Shown: positions 18,480 to 29,229, counted from the stretch's first letter. The stretch is 64,000 nucleotides of DNA from Candidatus Saccharimonadales bacterium (GCA_041752595.1 JBGSWE010000004.1:151057-215056); one strand, 5' to 3'. The notes: a model not told the origin generated them from the sequence alone. Program-made: numbers and translations.

Positions 18480-19592
18480 ATGCAACTATTTTCTCGCAGC
18501 AAAGATTCTATGGAAGTTACGGTGTCTAACCGAACAATTATTAGGATTGTTTTATTAACACTCGGAACTATCTTGATACTACTTGCAATTAACAAAATTA
18601 CTCATGCACTAACTCTAATTTTTATAGCATTCTTTTTAAGTCTCGCATTGAATGCTCCTGTACACTGGGTTTCTTTAAGATTACCCGGTAGAAAAAAAGG
18701 TAGCCGTACTTTAGCTACTGGCGTTTCGTTTCTGATTGTTACAGGTTTATTATTGGCGTTTATTGTGAGCCTGGTTCCACCTTTGGTTAAACAGACTAAT
18801 TCATTTATTGATGCCGCACCTGGTTTAGTTAAAGATTTAAAGAATGACAGTTCTCCGCTTGGTGAGTTTGTTAGTAGATATAATCTACAGGATCAAGCCG
18901 ATAGGTTGTCTGAACAGGTTTCTGGTTGGTCTGGCGACATTGCAGGCAGTGCTGTTCAGTCTGCTGGCAGATTTGGAAGTAGTGTAGTATCTATATTAAC
19001 AGTTCTAGTTTTAACTTTTATGATGCTTATAGAGGGCCCTATGTGGTTAAGATTCTTCAGGAGGCTAGTTCCTAAAGCCAAAGAAGATCACGCTGAAAAA
19101 CTGGTTAGAGATATGTATAAAGTCATTAAGGGCTACGTTAATGGACAGGTACTACTAGCTTTTATTGCGGCACTATTAATAGCTCCACCACTATTTGTTT
19201 TAGGGATTAGCTACCCAATAGCATTAATGGTAATTGTATTTGTTTGTGGTTTAATACCAATCGTTGGTCACAGCATTGGTGCTGTAATAGTTAGCTTTGT
19301 TGCTTTGTTTACTTCTCCTTGGGCTGCACTTATTATTTTGGGCTATTATATTCTCTATCAACAAATAGAAAACTATGCTGTACAGCCCCGGATTCAAGCT
19401 AACGCTACAGAAATGTCTCCACTACTGGTATTTAGCTCTGTTGTTATTGGTATCAATTTCGCAGGCATAATCGGTGGTTTAGTTGCTATACCTGTAGCGG
19501 GGTGCTTAAGAGTTCTTGTTGTTGATTATTTACAAAGAAAAAATATCATAACACCAGTTGAAGCAAAAACACTTAAACTTAAAAAAGCTTAA
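18480..19592 (+). CDS. AI-2E family transporter (PerM/UPF0118)
   Basis: 370 aa, polytopic. It has the same architecture as 7280..8368. Confidence 0.75.
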   Translation: MQLFSRSKDSMEVTVSNRTIIRIVLLTLGTILILLAINKITHALTLIFIAFFLSLALNAPVHWVSLRLPGRKKGSRTLATGVSFLIVTGLLLAFIVSLVPPLVKQTNSFIDAAPGLVKDLKNDSSPLGEFVSRYNLQDQADRLSEQVSGWSGDIAGSAVQSAGRFGSSVVSILTVLVLTFMMLIEGPMWLRFFRRLVPKAKEDHAEKLVRDMYKVIKGYVNGQVLLAFIAALLIAPPLFVLGISYPIALMVIVFVCGLIPIVGHSIGAVIVSFVALFTSPWAALIILGYYILYQQIENYAVQPRIQANATEMSPLLVFSSVVIGINFAGIIGGLVAIPVAGCLRVLVVDYLQRKNIITPVEAKTLKLKKA

Positions 19593-20992
19593 GTATTTGT
19601 TCGGGACCAAATTTGGCCTTGCTCGGTGTCTCTAATTTTAATACCACTATTATAAAGCTCTTCTCTAATAGTATCTGATAATTCCCAATCCTGGTTATTC
19701 CTAGCCAAAGCTCTTTGTTTAATTGTTTCTTTTTGAAACTGTGTAATGTCTTGTCTGTTTAGTAAATTTAAACCAAAAAGTTTTTCTATAACGACCAATG
19801 AATCAGAAATTGCTTGGGAATCTGCACCAATTTCACCGGTTTTCTTGATAAGACTAATTAAAATAGACAGCGCCTCCGGTGTATTAAGGTCATTACTAAC
19901 TGATTTAAATATTTTAGGTAAAGCTTGCTCGTAATCCTTTTTTAATTCTTTGGACTCAAGATTTTGAAAACGTAAATCTGCCCAATTCCTAATATCTTGT
20001 AAGATTATTTGGGCACTCAACAAATTTTCCCAACTAAAATTACTTTGAGATCGATAATGCGATTGTAGTACAAATACACGAAACGATAATACATCTATAT
20101 TTTTGTTTTTTATATCCAATAGTGTAAAAAAATTGTCTAACGATTTACTCATTTTTTTACCGCCTACAAGCAGATGTTCGTTATGAAAGAATGTTGTTGC
20201 CATTATTTGATTTTTTGAGTTAGCCGTACTCTGTGCAATCTCGTTTTCGTGATGAGGAAATATTAAATCAATTCCTCCAGTGTGAATGTCGAAAGGAATG
20301 CCTAGTGCTGAAGCACTCATAGCCGAACATTCAATATGCCATCCAGGCCTACCGTCTAGTTTTTCTCCTTTAATTTCAAATTTCCAAAACGGTTCATCAC
20401 CTTTACGTTTTTTCCATAATGCAAAGTCAATTGCACTATCTTTGTCGTATTCATCGTTATCAATACGGGCCTTACCATTATTAATATTAGTTAGGTTGAG
20501 TAATTGTCCATATTTTTTACCAGAATCTATGTATTTTTGTATTGAAAAGTAAACTCCATCTTCTGTAATGTATGCAAAGCCGGCGGTTAATAAATTATTT
20601 ATTATTATCTGCATATGCTCAATATGGTCAGTTGCTTTAACGAAATCGTAGGAATTAATATCTATCCCGATATCCTTCATGTCTTCAAAAAAAGTTCCAG
20701 CGTATTCTTTTGTCAGGCTACTTAAAGCCTCCATTGGTTCTTGTTTATGGTTTAGTTCCCTGCTTTTTTTGATTGTTTTATCGTCAACATCGGTAATATT
20801 CATAATATGAGTAACATTAAGTCCTGATGCTTCTAATGTTCGGTGTAGTGTGTCTGCATATATATAAGATGACAAATTACCTATGTGCGCGCTGTCGTAT
20901 ACTGTAGGGCCACAAGAATAAATACTTATAATATTATCTTTTAATGGGATTATACGGCTAATCTGGTTTGTTAGTGTGTTATGTAAATCCAT
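19589..20992 (-). CDS. cysS: Cysteine--tRNA ligase
   Basis: 467 aa. It has CGPTVYDSAHIGN (the HIGH region), KMSKS, and the class I CysRS layout. Confidence 0.95.
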   Translation of the reverse strand: MDLHNTLTNQISRIIPLKDNIISIYSCGPTVYDSAHIGNLSSYIYADTLHRTLEASGLNVTHIMNITDVDDKTIKKSRELNHKQEPMEALSSLTKEYAGTFFEDMKDIGIDINSYDFVKATDHIEHMQIIINNLLTAGFAYITEDGVYFSIQKYIDSGKKYGQLLNLTNINNGKARIDNDEYDKDSAIDFALWKKRKGDEPFWKFEIKGEKLDGRPGWHIECSAMSASALGIPFDIHTGGIDLIFPHHENEIAQSTANSKNQIMATTFFHNEHLLVGGKKMSKSLDNFFTLLDIKNKNIDVLSFRVFVLQSHYRSQSNFSWENLLSAQIILQDIRNWADLRFQNLESKELKKDYEQALPKIFKSVSNDLNTPEALSILISLIKKTGEIGADSQAISDSLVVIEKLFGLNLLNRQDITQFQKETIKQRALARNNQDWELSDTIREELYNSGIKIRDTEQGQIWSRTNT

Positions 20993-20996
20993 ATTA

Positions 20997-21992
20997 TTAA
21001 TACTCTTTAAGTAATGCGAGGCTACTTTGAATTACTTCAGCGCGAACATCATTAATTATGCCACTTTCAACTTTAAAGCCTGCTGCATAAGCATGACCAC
21101 CTCCGCCAAGTTGTTTCGCTAGCTTTGAGGCGATAGGAGAATTATTATTACATCTAATAGCCCCAGTTATTCTTCCGGAATCGTATGATTTAAGTACTAT
21201 ACTAATTCGTACACCCTCTGTTTGCAAATGATCTTGTTGAATTAGCGGCGCTGGGTTATATAAGGGGCTATATTCGTTAATTTCGTCTTGAGGAATAACA
21301 ACTATTGCAACCGATTGGTCAATTATTTCAGTTCGTTCAAGCAATTGACCTTTATAGCGCATTATTACTTCTGGCATTTTATTGTACGCACGTCTCTCTT
21401 CTTCAAGTTTTGGCCTACTCACCCCTCTTTCTACAAGTTCAGCCATAGTGCGATAAGTTTCAGGCCCAGTATTTTCAGTCGCAAGTCCCATACTATCTGC
21501 AAGTATGGATGTCATAATTAATTCAGATGTAAATGTGCTTATTGGCCAGTCTAGTGTTTTTGCAATTTGATAAATTAAATCACCCGTCGATACTTTTGAT
21601 GGATCATTTATTGTTATGTTATCACCGGGTATGTCTTCTGTTGATTCCGAATGATGATCAAGTATTATAATAGGCTTAGAAAAGATCCAGCTCTGAGAAG
21701 CGGATTTTTGGATTTGTTCTAACAAAGAGTAGGCAGAAGTATCAACAATTATTGAAGCGTCAAAGTTAGTTGGTATTAATTTATCTACCCTATCCCAGCC
21801 AGCCAAGTATTTAAGATAGGCTGGCATATCTATACCGCAGTACATTATAGGTTCTTTTCCTAAGTCTCCAATTATCTGCTCAAGCGCTAAAGCGCTAGCT
21901 AGGCTATCTGCATCTGGATTATCGGCTTGAATAATTAGAATTACATTAGATTCTTCTACAATTTTCTTAGTATCTTGTATTTTATTATCCAT
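20997..21992 (-). CDS. nrnA: DHH-family phosphoesterase (NrnA-like)
   Basis: 331 aa. It has the DHH motifs DADSLAS and LDHHSE, and the DHHA1 motif GGGGHAYAAGF. Confidence 0.8.
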   Translation of the reverse strand: MDNKIQDTKKIVEESNVILIIQADNPDADSLASALALEQIIGDLGKEPIMYCGIDMPAYLKYLAGWDRVDKLIPTNFDASIIVDTSAYSLLEQIQKSASQSWIFSKPIIILDHHSESTEDIPGDNITINDPSKVSTGDLIYQIAKTLDWPISTFTSELIMTSILADSMGLATENTGPETYRTMAELVERGVSRPKLEEERRAYNKMPEVIMRYKGQLLERTEIIDQSVAIVVIPQDEINEYSPLYNPAPLIQQDHLQTEGVRISIVLKSYDSGRITGAIRCNNNSPIASKLAKQLGGGGHAYAAGFKVESGIINDVRAEVIQSSLALLKEY

Positions 21993-22053
21993 ATTTAACT
22001 TTATTATATAGTTTATTTATTCTAGTTAATAGGTAGCAAAGGTCTAGTGGTCT

Positions 22054-22665
22054 TTAAATCTTTAATGATGTTCTTCCTTCTAGGGCTCTAGCAAGTGTGA
22101 TTTGATCTGCGTATTCAAGGTCAACTCCAATCGGTAAACCTCTAGCAAGTCTACTGATTGCGATATTTCTGTCTCCAATTTGTTGCTGAATATAAAGTGC
22201 AGTACTTTCGCCTTCTACGCTAGCGTTTGTTGCAAGTATTATTTCCTCAACTTCGTCAACATCTATACGAGCCAGCAAGGCCTTTACTGTTAGCTGTTCT
22301 GGGCCAACTCCATCAATTGGAGATACTAAGCCGCCTAAAACATGGTAAGTACCCTTAAACTGTCCTGTTTTTTCAAGCGCTAGAATATCAAATGGTTCAG
22401 CTATAACAGCTACTAGTTTTTTATTACGATCAGGATTTGTGTATAGTGGCGAATATTCTTGACCTGAATCAATTAATGCAAAGGTTTTTCTGCATAAAGA
22501 TATTCCAGAATGCATTTGGTCTAATGCAGTCGATAATTTATGTGATTTATTTGGATCAGCTCTGTAGAGGTAATAGGCGTAGCGTTCAGCAGTTCTGGTA
22601 CCTACTCCTGGTAAAACCGCTAGTGCATCAATTACATCTTGAAGGGCTTTGGGCAATGTGGCCAT
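22054..22665 (-). CDS. recR: Recombination protein RecR
   Basis: 203 aa. It has an HhH motif (LPGVGTRTAERYAYYL) and Toprim/Walker-B-like regions. The Cys4 zinc finger is not conserved. Confidence 0.9.
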   Translation of the reverse strand: MATLPKALQDVIDALAVLPGVGTRTAERYAYYLYRADPNKSHKLSTALDQMHSGISLCRKTFALIDSGQEYSPLYTNPDRNKKLVAVIAEPFDILALEKTGQFKGTYHVLGGLVSPIDGVGPEQLTVKALLARIDVDEVEEIILATNASVEGESTALYIQQQIGDRNIAISRLARGLPIGVDLEYADQITLARALEGRTSLKI

Positions 22666-22670
22666 TTTTG

Positions 22671-22964
22671 TTACAAACCAAGATCACCAAGCATACCCAT
22701 CATTGGTTGCATCTTGTCGGCTGCTAGTTTTTGGCTGGCTTTAATAGCTTCTTTTACTGCATCTTCTACATTTCTTTCTAATACTGCAATATCATCAAGA
22801 TCTACTAGCTCTGGATCGATATGAATCTTTCTAATTTTCTGCTCACCGTTAATCTCTACCCTAACTGAGCCGTCTCCTGATTCTACTGTAATTATTTCTT
22901 TCTGTAGCTCTTTTTGAAGTTTTTTTACCTTCATTAACATTTTTGCTTGATCAAATTTACTCAT
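22671..22964 (-). CDS. ybaB: Nucleoid-associated protein YbaB/EbfC
   Basis: 97 aa with the typical YbaB pattern (KKLQKELQKE..GDGSVRVEINGEQKI..IHIDPELV). It lies next to recR. Confidence 0.85.
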   Translation of the reverse strand: MSKFDQAKMLMKVKKLQKELQKEIITVESGDGSVRVEINGEQKIRKIHIDPELVDLDDIAVLERNVEDAVKEAIKASQKLAADKMQPMMGMLGDLGL

Positions 22965-23023
22965 TAATTCTTCTCCTCATTTCTAGACTTATATAATAAC
23001 AAATAATACTACTAACTAACAGA

Positions 23024-24223
23024 TTAGTTTGGAATTTGTAAATTAAATTCATTAATTGTTTCTACACTGTTTGGCCATGCAATAAAATAGCGTTGAAGTT
23101 GGTAGTTAAATGAAAGTATTACTGCAATTGACAGTAAGCTTAAACCTACGGTTCGTGCGATAGGGTTTTTAGGAAACTTTTCATACCAACGATTAAGTGT
23201 TTCATCTATTCCAAAACCTATCACAATGTATAAGAATGGAAGAAGGGCTACTATAAAAAGAACGTTACCTGTAAATCCAGCAAAAATAATTACCAATATA
23301 AATATTCCGATTAGTGCCCAAAATCTATCTAATTTGTTCTGCTTTGATATTGAGAACAGCCCAAACAAAAATAAAGCAGATTCAAATGCATTAAGAATTG
23401 GTAGTCTGCCAAGCCAATAAACTGGTGAGGCAGGAGTTATTAGGAAAATACTAGCTGTAGCCCTAATAGTTTGACTTATCATTTCTTGGATACTAGCCAG
23501 CTGAGCTGGTATGCCTAGATATTGTCGCCACAATTCAGGATTTAGAAACAAATTAATCACAAAAGGTGCGATTAGTATACTTAAAATAACTGAACATGTA
23601 ATAATTATGGCTGGTTTCAAGTTTTCAAAAGATTTTTGAATGCGGCTAAGTTGCCATATGCTGGCTATAATTATAAAAAATAAAATTCCAGGAACATATA
23701 GACTTAACCCAATTATGGTGACTGCTAGAATCCAGGCAATTTCTTGATTCTTATTAAATCTAAGGATATAACCTGCAGCTACAACCATAAGTAGAGATAG
23801 TAGCATAACGTTTGGAGTGGCTAACCTACTAACACTAAGTAGTAATGTTGATGTAACAAACATTGCGCTTGTTATATAAACAGTTTTAGTGCTGTATAAA
23901 TTTCTGACCAATAAGTAAAATATTAATACAGTTAATATGCCCATTATTACACCGGTTAACCTAAGACCTACAGTGTTGTTTGCTATTTTTGTTAATACAA
24001 AAACCGATGTATTGTATGGAAGATTTGTGCCAGTTTCGAAAACTTGGGTTAGAGAGCGAGTACTTGAGTGGGTATCTAATTCTGGTTGAGAAACACCTGG
24101 AACTAATGAGTTTATTCTATACAAAAAGAGGGACAAAATTAGTAATATACCAATAACAGCAACTAGTAATGGGCTCCCCATGGCCAATAAAGTATTCCAG
24201 GCTTTTCTCATTTTCAAATTCAA
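23024..24223 (-). CDS. Polytopic membrane protein (possible GT-C/ArnT-like)
   Basis: 399 aa with at least 9 TM helices. The family assignment is tentative. Confidence 0.4.
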   Translation of the reverse strand: MNLKMRKAWNTLLAMGSPLLVAVIGILLILSLFLYRINSLVPGVSQPELDTHSSTRSLTQVFETGTNLPYNTSVFVLTKIANNTVGLRLTGVIMGILTVLIFYLLVRNLYSTKTVYITSAMFVTSTLLLSVSRLATPNVMLLSLLMVVAAGYILRFNKNQEIAWILAVTIIGLSLYVPGILFFIIIASIWQLSRIQKSFENLKPAIIITCSVILSILIAPFVINLFLNPELWRQYLGIPAQLASIQEMISQTIRATASIFLITPASPVYWLGRLPILNAFESALFLFGLFSISKQNKLDRFWALIGIFILVIIFAGFTGNVLFIVALLPFLYIVIGFGIDETLNRWYEKFPKNPIARTVGLSLLSIAVILSFNYQLQRYFIAWPNSVETINEFNLQIPN

Positions 24224-24238
24224 TTATAACACTAATAC

Positions 24239-25603
24239 TTACGTGTTGAATGGTTGGCTGCGTTTATTATCAAGGCTCCTGAACCGCTGTTTTTCTCGGT
24301 CAAAGTATAGGTCTACATCGTCTGTTGGACCATTACGATGTTTTTTGATTAATATTCTTGCTATATTCTTATTTTCGGTTTCAGGATTGTAGTAGTCTTC
24401 TCTATAAATAAAGGCAACAACATCAGCATCTTGCTCTATCGAGCCCGATTCACGTAGATCTGCAAGCTGAGGAATTTGAGGATTTCTACTTTCAACCGAT
24501 CGACTTAATTGACTAAGCGCCAGTACTGGAACATTTAATTCACGGGCGATACCTTTGAGTCCGCGTGATATTTCTGATATTTCTTGCACCCTGTTTCCAT
24601 CACCACCAAATCTGGAACCACCACTCATAAGCTGTAAGTAGTCAATAACAATTAGACCGAGAGGCTGTCTGTGGGCCTCTCTGCGGGCTTTTGTACGCAT
24701 ATCACTAATAGTTATTCCAGGGCTATCGTCTATAAGTATTTGGGTTTCTGATAAAGTTCCCATAGCATGTCCTATTTTTTCAAAGTCGTCATCGCTTAGA
24801 TTGCCGGTTCTTAGGTTCCAAGAGTTTACTCCAGCTTCTGCTGCAAGCATTCTATCAACTAACTGTTCTTTGCTCATTTCTAGGCTAAATATCAAAACTG
24901 GCATATTAGCTTGTGCGGCAACGTTATGGGCTAAATTCAATGCGAAGGCTGTTTTACCCATCGATGGTCTTGCGGCCAGAACTATAAGGTCAGATTTTTG
25001 TAGTCCGGCTAGGACATTGTCTAGATCTTTATAGCCCGTTGGGACGCCTCTTAATTTACCCTTGTCTTTATGGAGCTCGTCTAGACGGTCAAAGCTCGAA
25101 CTCAAGATTAGTTCAATACTAGATATATCTTGTTTAATATGTTGCTGTGAAACTTCAAATAATTTTGTTTCTGCATTTTCGATTAGTTCCTGTAAACTTT
25201 GAGCTTCGTCAAATCCTAAGTCGGCAATTGATTGGCTAGCTTTTATTAATCTGCGTCGCATTGCTTTTTGAGAAACTATCTCTGCGTATCTATCAGCATG
25301 TGCTGCGGTTGGTACGAAATTAGTAAGTTCAGTCAAGAAGCCGGCACCACCAACCATTTCAAGCATTCCAGTGCTTTTTAGTTGGTCTGAAAGTGTTAAT
25401 ACATCAATTGGACTATGCTTTTCATAAAGCTGTAGAGTGGCTTCGTATACTCGTGCATGTCTTTCATCGTAGAAATCAAGTGGTCTAACTATATCTGCAA
25501 CTTTTACAATTGCATCAGAATCTATTAGTATCGCACCTAGCAAACTCGCTTCAGCTTCTACATTGTTGGGGGGGACAAACACTTGTTTTGAATTGTTGTC
25601 CAT
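24239..25603 (-). CDS. dnaB: Replicative DNA helicase
   Basis: 454 aa. It has an N-terminal NVEAEASLLGAIL and Walker A ARPSMGKTAFALN, with RecA-like C-terminal motifs. Confidence 0.95.
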   Translation of the reverse strand: MDNNSKQVFVPPNNVEAEASLLGAILIDSDAIVKVADIVRPLDFYDERHARVYEATLQLYEKHSPIDVLTLSDQLKSTGMLEMVGGAGFLTELTNFVPTAAHADRYAEIVSQKAMRRRLIKASQSIADLGFDEAQSLQELIENAETKLFEVSQQHIKQDISSIELILSSSFDRLDELHKDKGKLRGVPTGYKDLDNVLAGLQKSDLIVLAARPSMGKTAFALNLAHNVAAQANMPVLIFSLEMSKEQLVDRMLAAEAGVNSWNLRTGNLSDDDFEKIGHAMGTLSETQILIDDSPGITISDMRTKARREAHRQPLGLIVIDYLQLMSGGSRFGGDGNRVQEISEISRGLKGIARELNVPVLALSQLSRSVESRNPQIPQLADLRESGSIEQDADVVAFIYREDYYNPETENKNIARILIKKHRNGPTDDVDLYFDREKQRFRSLDNKRSQPFNT

Positions 25604-27024
25604 TAGTTTTCTAAGACCTCTCCACCGCCAAATATATTTGTAATATTTGAGAGTTCAGTATTATTAGTAGCAACCGGATCTTCTTCAATAATTGCTTCTT
25701 TTTCAGTAATTACAATGTTTTTATCCACTTCAGTTTTTATACTATAAGAAACTCCTGTAATTTCTTTAATTGCGTCACGTATTTTCGTTTTAGTTGTTGC
25801 GTCATCTATTTTCTTTTTATGGAATCCAAACTTAAACCTTAGAACTAATTCCATATCATTAATTTCTGGATTGGCCATTCTTAGTACACCATAAAGTGTG
25901 TTATTAAATTCTTTTATCCTGAGCAGTAGTTCACCCCACCATTCTAAGGAATTATTTTGATAATTGGGTTTAGAAACTGTAGTTATAGGTTTTTGTACTT
26001 CAATTTTCACTGTTTTATCTTTTACTTCTGTAGGAACTATTTCATTATTAATTTTAGTCGTATTAACTAAATTACTGTTGGCCTGGGCTTTTAATAGTGT
26101 TATTTCAAGCTGACCACTTGGTTCCGGGCTGGATTGAACACTTAATAAGTTTTCAAGTAATTCAATATATGTGCTTTTATCTTGATCATTCATTAAAGCT
26201 GTTCTTAGTAATAAAGCTAACTGTTTGGCTATTTGAGCCGGACTAATACCGTCAACAATAACATTGTTTAACTGTTTCATGAGTCCAGAAGCTGTGCCGT
26301 TATTAATTTCTTCGAGAATATTTAATATTTGATCATTTGATGCAATTCCTAATAAATTTTCTGCATCACTTACGTTTATATTTTTCTTACTATTCCCTAC
26401 TTGATCCAGTAGATTTATGCTGTCTCGAAAACTACCTAAACTATGAGCTACGATTAGATTAAGCGCTTCGCCGTCAATTGTCATGCCTTCTTTTTCTGCT
26501 ATATCACGTAAGTGTAAAATAGCTTGATCGTTGTCGATGGGCTTAAATGTAAACCTCTGTGTACGGCTAATAATTGTTTCTGGAAGTTTGTTTATTTCGG
26601 TAGTAGCTAAAATAAATATTACATGTTCAGGTGGTTCCTCAAGAGTTTTTAGAAGCGCATTAAATGCTTCTTTTGTTAACATATGAACTTCATCAATTAT
26701 ATATATTTTATATTTTGAGCTAGTTGGTGCAATGAGTACCTTATCCCTTAGATCACGAATTTCATCTATACGCCTATTACTTGCAGCGTCAATTTCGATG
26801 ATATCTATATTTAGAGATTCATCTTCGTACGGTAAGTTGTTGATTTTATGGGCAAGTATCCTGGCAACTGATGTTTTGCCAACTCCTTTAGGCCCAGTAA
26901 ATAAGTATGCGTGACTAACCTTGCCAGTTTTTATGGCATTTTCGAGTGTGTGGGTTATGTGATCTTGCCCTACGATTTCAGATAACTTTTTAGACCGGTA
27001 TTTCCGGTACAGCGCTTGTCCCAA
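25603..27024 (-). CDS. dnaX: DNA polymerase III subunit gamma/tau
   Basis: 473 aa. TTG start preceded by AAGGAG. It has P-loop GPKGVGKTS, DEVHML, and SRTQ (sensor). Confidence 0.9.
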   Translation of the reverse strand: MGQALYRKYRSKKLSEIVGQDHITHTLENAIKTGKVSHAYLFTGPKGVGKTSVARILAHKINNLPYEDESLNIDIIEIDAASNRRIDEIRDLRDKVLIAPTSSKYKIYIIDEVHMLTKEAFNALLKTLEEPPEHVIFILATTEINKLPETIISRTQRFTFKPIDNDQAILHLRDIAEKEGMTIDGEALNLIVAHSLGSFRDSINLLDQVGNSKKNINVSDAENLLGIASNDQILNILEEINNGTASGLMKQLNNVIVDGISPAQIAKQLALLLRTALMNDQDKSTYIELLENLLSVQSSPEPSGQLEITLLKAQANSNLVNTTKINNEIVPTEVKDKTVKIEVQKPITTVSKPNYQNNSLEWWGELLLRIKEFNNTLYGVLRMANPEINDMELVLRFKFGFHKKKIDDATTKTKIRDAIKEITGVSYSIKTEVDKNIVITEKEAIIEEDPVATNNTELSNITNIFGGGEVLEN

Positions 27025-27122
27025 AACTTAACTCCTTGTCAGGGATTATTATAGATTGTTTCATAAACTATAACCACCCCTGTTGTTCATAACAAGGGTA
27101 TAAGATGTTTATAATTATAAAA

Positions 27123-27629
27123 TTAAAGCGCTGCTTCTAGTGCGGCCCACTCGGCAACACCATCTTCTGGTACGTTTACGCTAACTTGGTCTCCGGGCTT
27201 TGCTTTAAAGTAGGTAACAGATGCTAAAAGCACTCTATAATCTTTGCCTTCAAATGCAACGATGTAGTGACCGTCTTTTTGAGTAAGTGTACCAACAACT
27301 TGTTTCCTAGGAATAGGACCTATTTGCTTGTATAAAAATGCACCATCTTCGGCTATTGTTAGTTTTAGTATGTCACCTTGAACTAATTTAGACTTACTAG
27401 CGTAATTGGCCGGTACTGGGTACATCTTGGCATCGCTACCAACCATATTTTGACCATCGAAAACACCTTCAACTATTTTACCAACCTGTTCATCGGCTGA
27501 ATGTGAAGCTATAACAGCTTCATCGCCTACTAAACTAATAAGCAACTCTTTGGCTGCCGCTAAGTTAGTCTCTGCTTCTTGTATTAATGATTTAAGCCGT
27601 TTTACTTGCTTTTCTGGTAAATCTGCCAT
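27123..27629 (-). CDS. Hypothetical protein
   Basis: I place the start at Met28 of the tracked ORF (ATG at 27629, with an upstream AAAGAG). It has an N-terminal helix and a beta-rich C-terminal domain. Confidence 0.45.
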   Translation of the reverse strand: MADLPEKQVKRLKSLIQEAETNLAAAKELLISLVGDEAVIASHSADEQVGKIVEGVFDGQNMVGSDAKMYPVPANYASKSKLVQGDILKLTIAEDGAFLYKQIGPIPRKQVVGTLTQKDGHYIVAFEGKDYRVLLASVTYFKAKPGDQVSVNVPEDGVAEWAALEAAL

Positions 27630-27773
27630 TGTTTTCTCTTTATTTCCCCATAACTTCTGTTTCTGTCTCTCACTTACCAACACCGTAGCACAGTAAGTCA
27701 AGTCAGTCAAAGGTATATGGTTAATTCTGTGGATAAAGTAACCAATTTAATTTGAGTCAACATAACTTTACCT

Positions 27774-27810
27774 AAAAAACCCGTGAAGGCATATTTGTCA
27801 CCTTCACGGG
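27774..27810 (-). terminator. Rho-independent terminator after rplL
   Basis: 10-bp stem CCCGTGAAGG/CCTTCACGGG (27780-89 / 27801-10), followed on the minus strand by six U. Confidence 0.75.
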
Positions 27811-27838
27811 TTTATAATTTCTTGCTAATCTAAAAAAT

Positions 27839-28216
27839 TTAGACTAGTTCTACTGTAGCGCCTGCTTCTTCAAGCACTTTTTTGGCGTTTTCAGCATCTT
27901 CTTTTTTGGCAGCATCTAGAACGTTTTTGGGAACACCATCAACAATTGCTTTTGCTTCGCCAAGTCCAAGACCTGTAATATCCTTAACAGCTTTGATAAC
28001 TGCTACTTTTTGGGCACCAGCATCTTTAAGCACTACATCATATTCGCTTTTAGCGTCTTCAGCAGGTGCTGCGTCTCCAGCAGCAGGACCAGCAACAGCA
28101 ACTGCAGCAGCAGCTGGCTCGATGCCGTATTCGTCCTTAAGTATTGTTTTGAGCTCGTTTACTTCTAATACTGTTAGTTTTGTAAGTTCTTCAGCTAATT
28201 TCTTTACGTCAGCCAT
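27839..28216 (-). CDS. rplL: 50S ribosomal protein L7/L12
   Basis: 125 aa with an Ala/Pro hinge and a conserved C-terminal domain ([20 protein letters not shown]). Confidence 0.95.
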   Translation of the reverse strand: MADVKKLAEELTKLTVLEVNELKTILKDEYGIEPAAAAVAVAGPAAGDAAPAEDAKSEYDVVLKDAGAQKVAVIKAVKDITGLGLGEAKAIVDGVPKNVLDAAKKEDAENAKKVLEEAGATVELV

Positions 28217-28237
28217 AATTTTCTACCTTTCGTTAAT

Positions 28238-28762
28238 TTATGCAGTTGCTTTTGCTTCTATGCCATCAAGTAGTGCGTGCAAATTGCCTGATAGGGCATT
28301 TGTAACGTCATGAACTGGTGAAAGTAGGGTTGCAACAACCTGTGCAATCAACTCATTCTTACTTGGTAGGCCTGCTAGGGCTTTTACGTCTTCGGCACTC
28401 ATAAAGTTACCATCTGATGTAATAGCACCAACAAATTTAATATTTGGGTTAGTTTTAGCAAATTTATCAAGTACTTGCGCAGGAGCAACTTCGTCCTTGT
28501 CATTGAATGCGTACAATAATTGGCCGGTAAGGGCTGACATATCTACATTTTTTAAGGTTTCGTTGTTTTCTAAAGCTTTTATGACTAGGCGGTTTTTTAT
28601 AACACTAACCTTTGTGCCATTACTCTTAGCTTCCTTGCGTAAGGCTTGAATTGCCTTGACGGTAGTCCCTTGGTATCCAGCCACTACTGTTAATTTTGAG
28701 TCAACAAGTAATTGAGAGATCTCAGAAACTACTTCATTTTTCTTGTCTTTTGTTAAAGCCAT
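28238..28762 (-). CDS. rplJ: 50S ribosomal protein L10
   Basis: 174 aa with a typical L10 N-terminus. It lies immediately upstream of rplL. Confidence 0.95.
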   Translation of the reverse strand: MALTKDKKNEVVSEISQLLVDSKLTVVAGYQGTTVKAIQALRKEAKSNGTKVSVIKNRLVIKALENNETLKNVDMSALTGQLLYAFNDKDEVAPAQVLDKFAKTNPNIKFVGAITSDGNFMSAEDVKALAGLPSKNELIAQVVATLLSPVHDVTNALSGNLHALLDGIEAKATA

Positions 28763-29028
28763 GAATAAAATCCTTTTATACTAACTTTTATTTAGTTAAC
28801 TTGTTCGACCTAATTTAGTTAACTTTGATTACAGACGAAAAACGTCTTCGTATTACTACAAAGACGTTATATGAATAACAATTAATGTTTTTCACCTCGG
28901 TAGCATTCTTAAATTCATTTGTTTAGGATGAATCGCTACTATCTTTGGTAATCAGATATTATTATACTTTATATTGTAGTTGTTGTAAATAATTTAAGAA
29001 ACCTACAGCTATATATAAATGATAAACA

Positions 29029-29229
29029 TTAGCAGTCTAAGATTTCAGTTGCACCTCTAACTAATAATGTTCCAGAAAGTATGCCAATTTTCTCCGCTTC
29101 TCTTTGATCAGTTGTTCTGCCATCATACGAATCAACTCCTAAAATCTCAGCTCTTATTCTTTCTGATTCCTCATCATTCAATGGACATAATTCAGTGCGT
29201 ACTTTATTTTCTATAGCAAATTTTTCCAT
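29029..29229 (-). CDS. Hypothetical small protein
   Basis: I place the start at Met12 of the tracked ORF. That ATG (29229) follows the upstream stop (29231-33) by one nt. Confidence 0.35.
   Translation of the reverse strand: MEKFAIENKVRTELCPLNDEESERIRAEILGVDSYDGRTTDQREAEKIGILSGTLLVRGATEILDC

Noticed and set aside
27025-27122. SRP (4.5S/scRNA) gene upstream of dnaX, as in the ffs-dnaX-ybaB-recR synteny of other bacteria.
   Set aside because: The 98-nt spacer has one imperfect hairpin but lacks the conserved domain IV motifs (GGAA/AGCA symmetric loop context). It more likely holds just the dnaX promoter (TATAAT) and the RBS AAGGAG.
28763-29028. Ribosomal protein L10 leader (autoregulatory RNA) upstream of rplJ.
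   Set aside because: The 265-nt spacer has several alternative hairpins, for example AACGTCTT/AAGACGTT around 28843-28868. I cannot match it to the known L10-leader consensus by eye, so I am not reporting it as a feature. It can be checked with Rfam RF00557.
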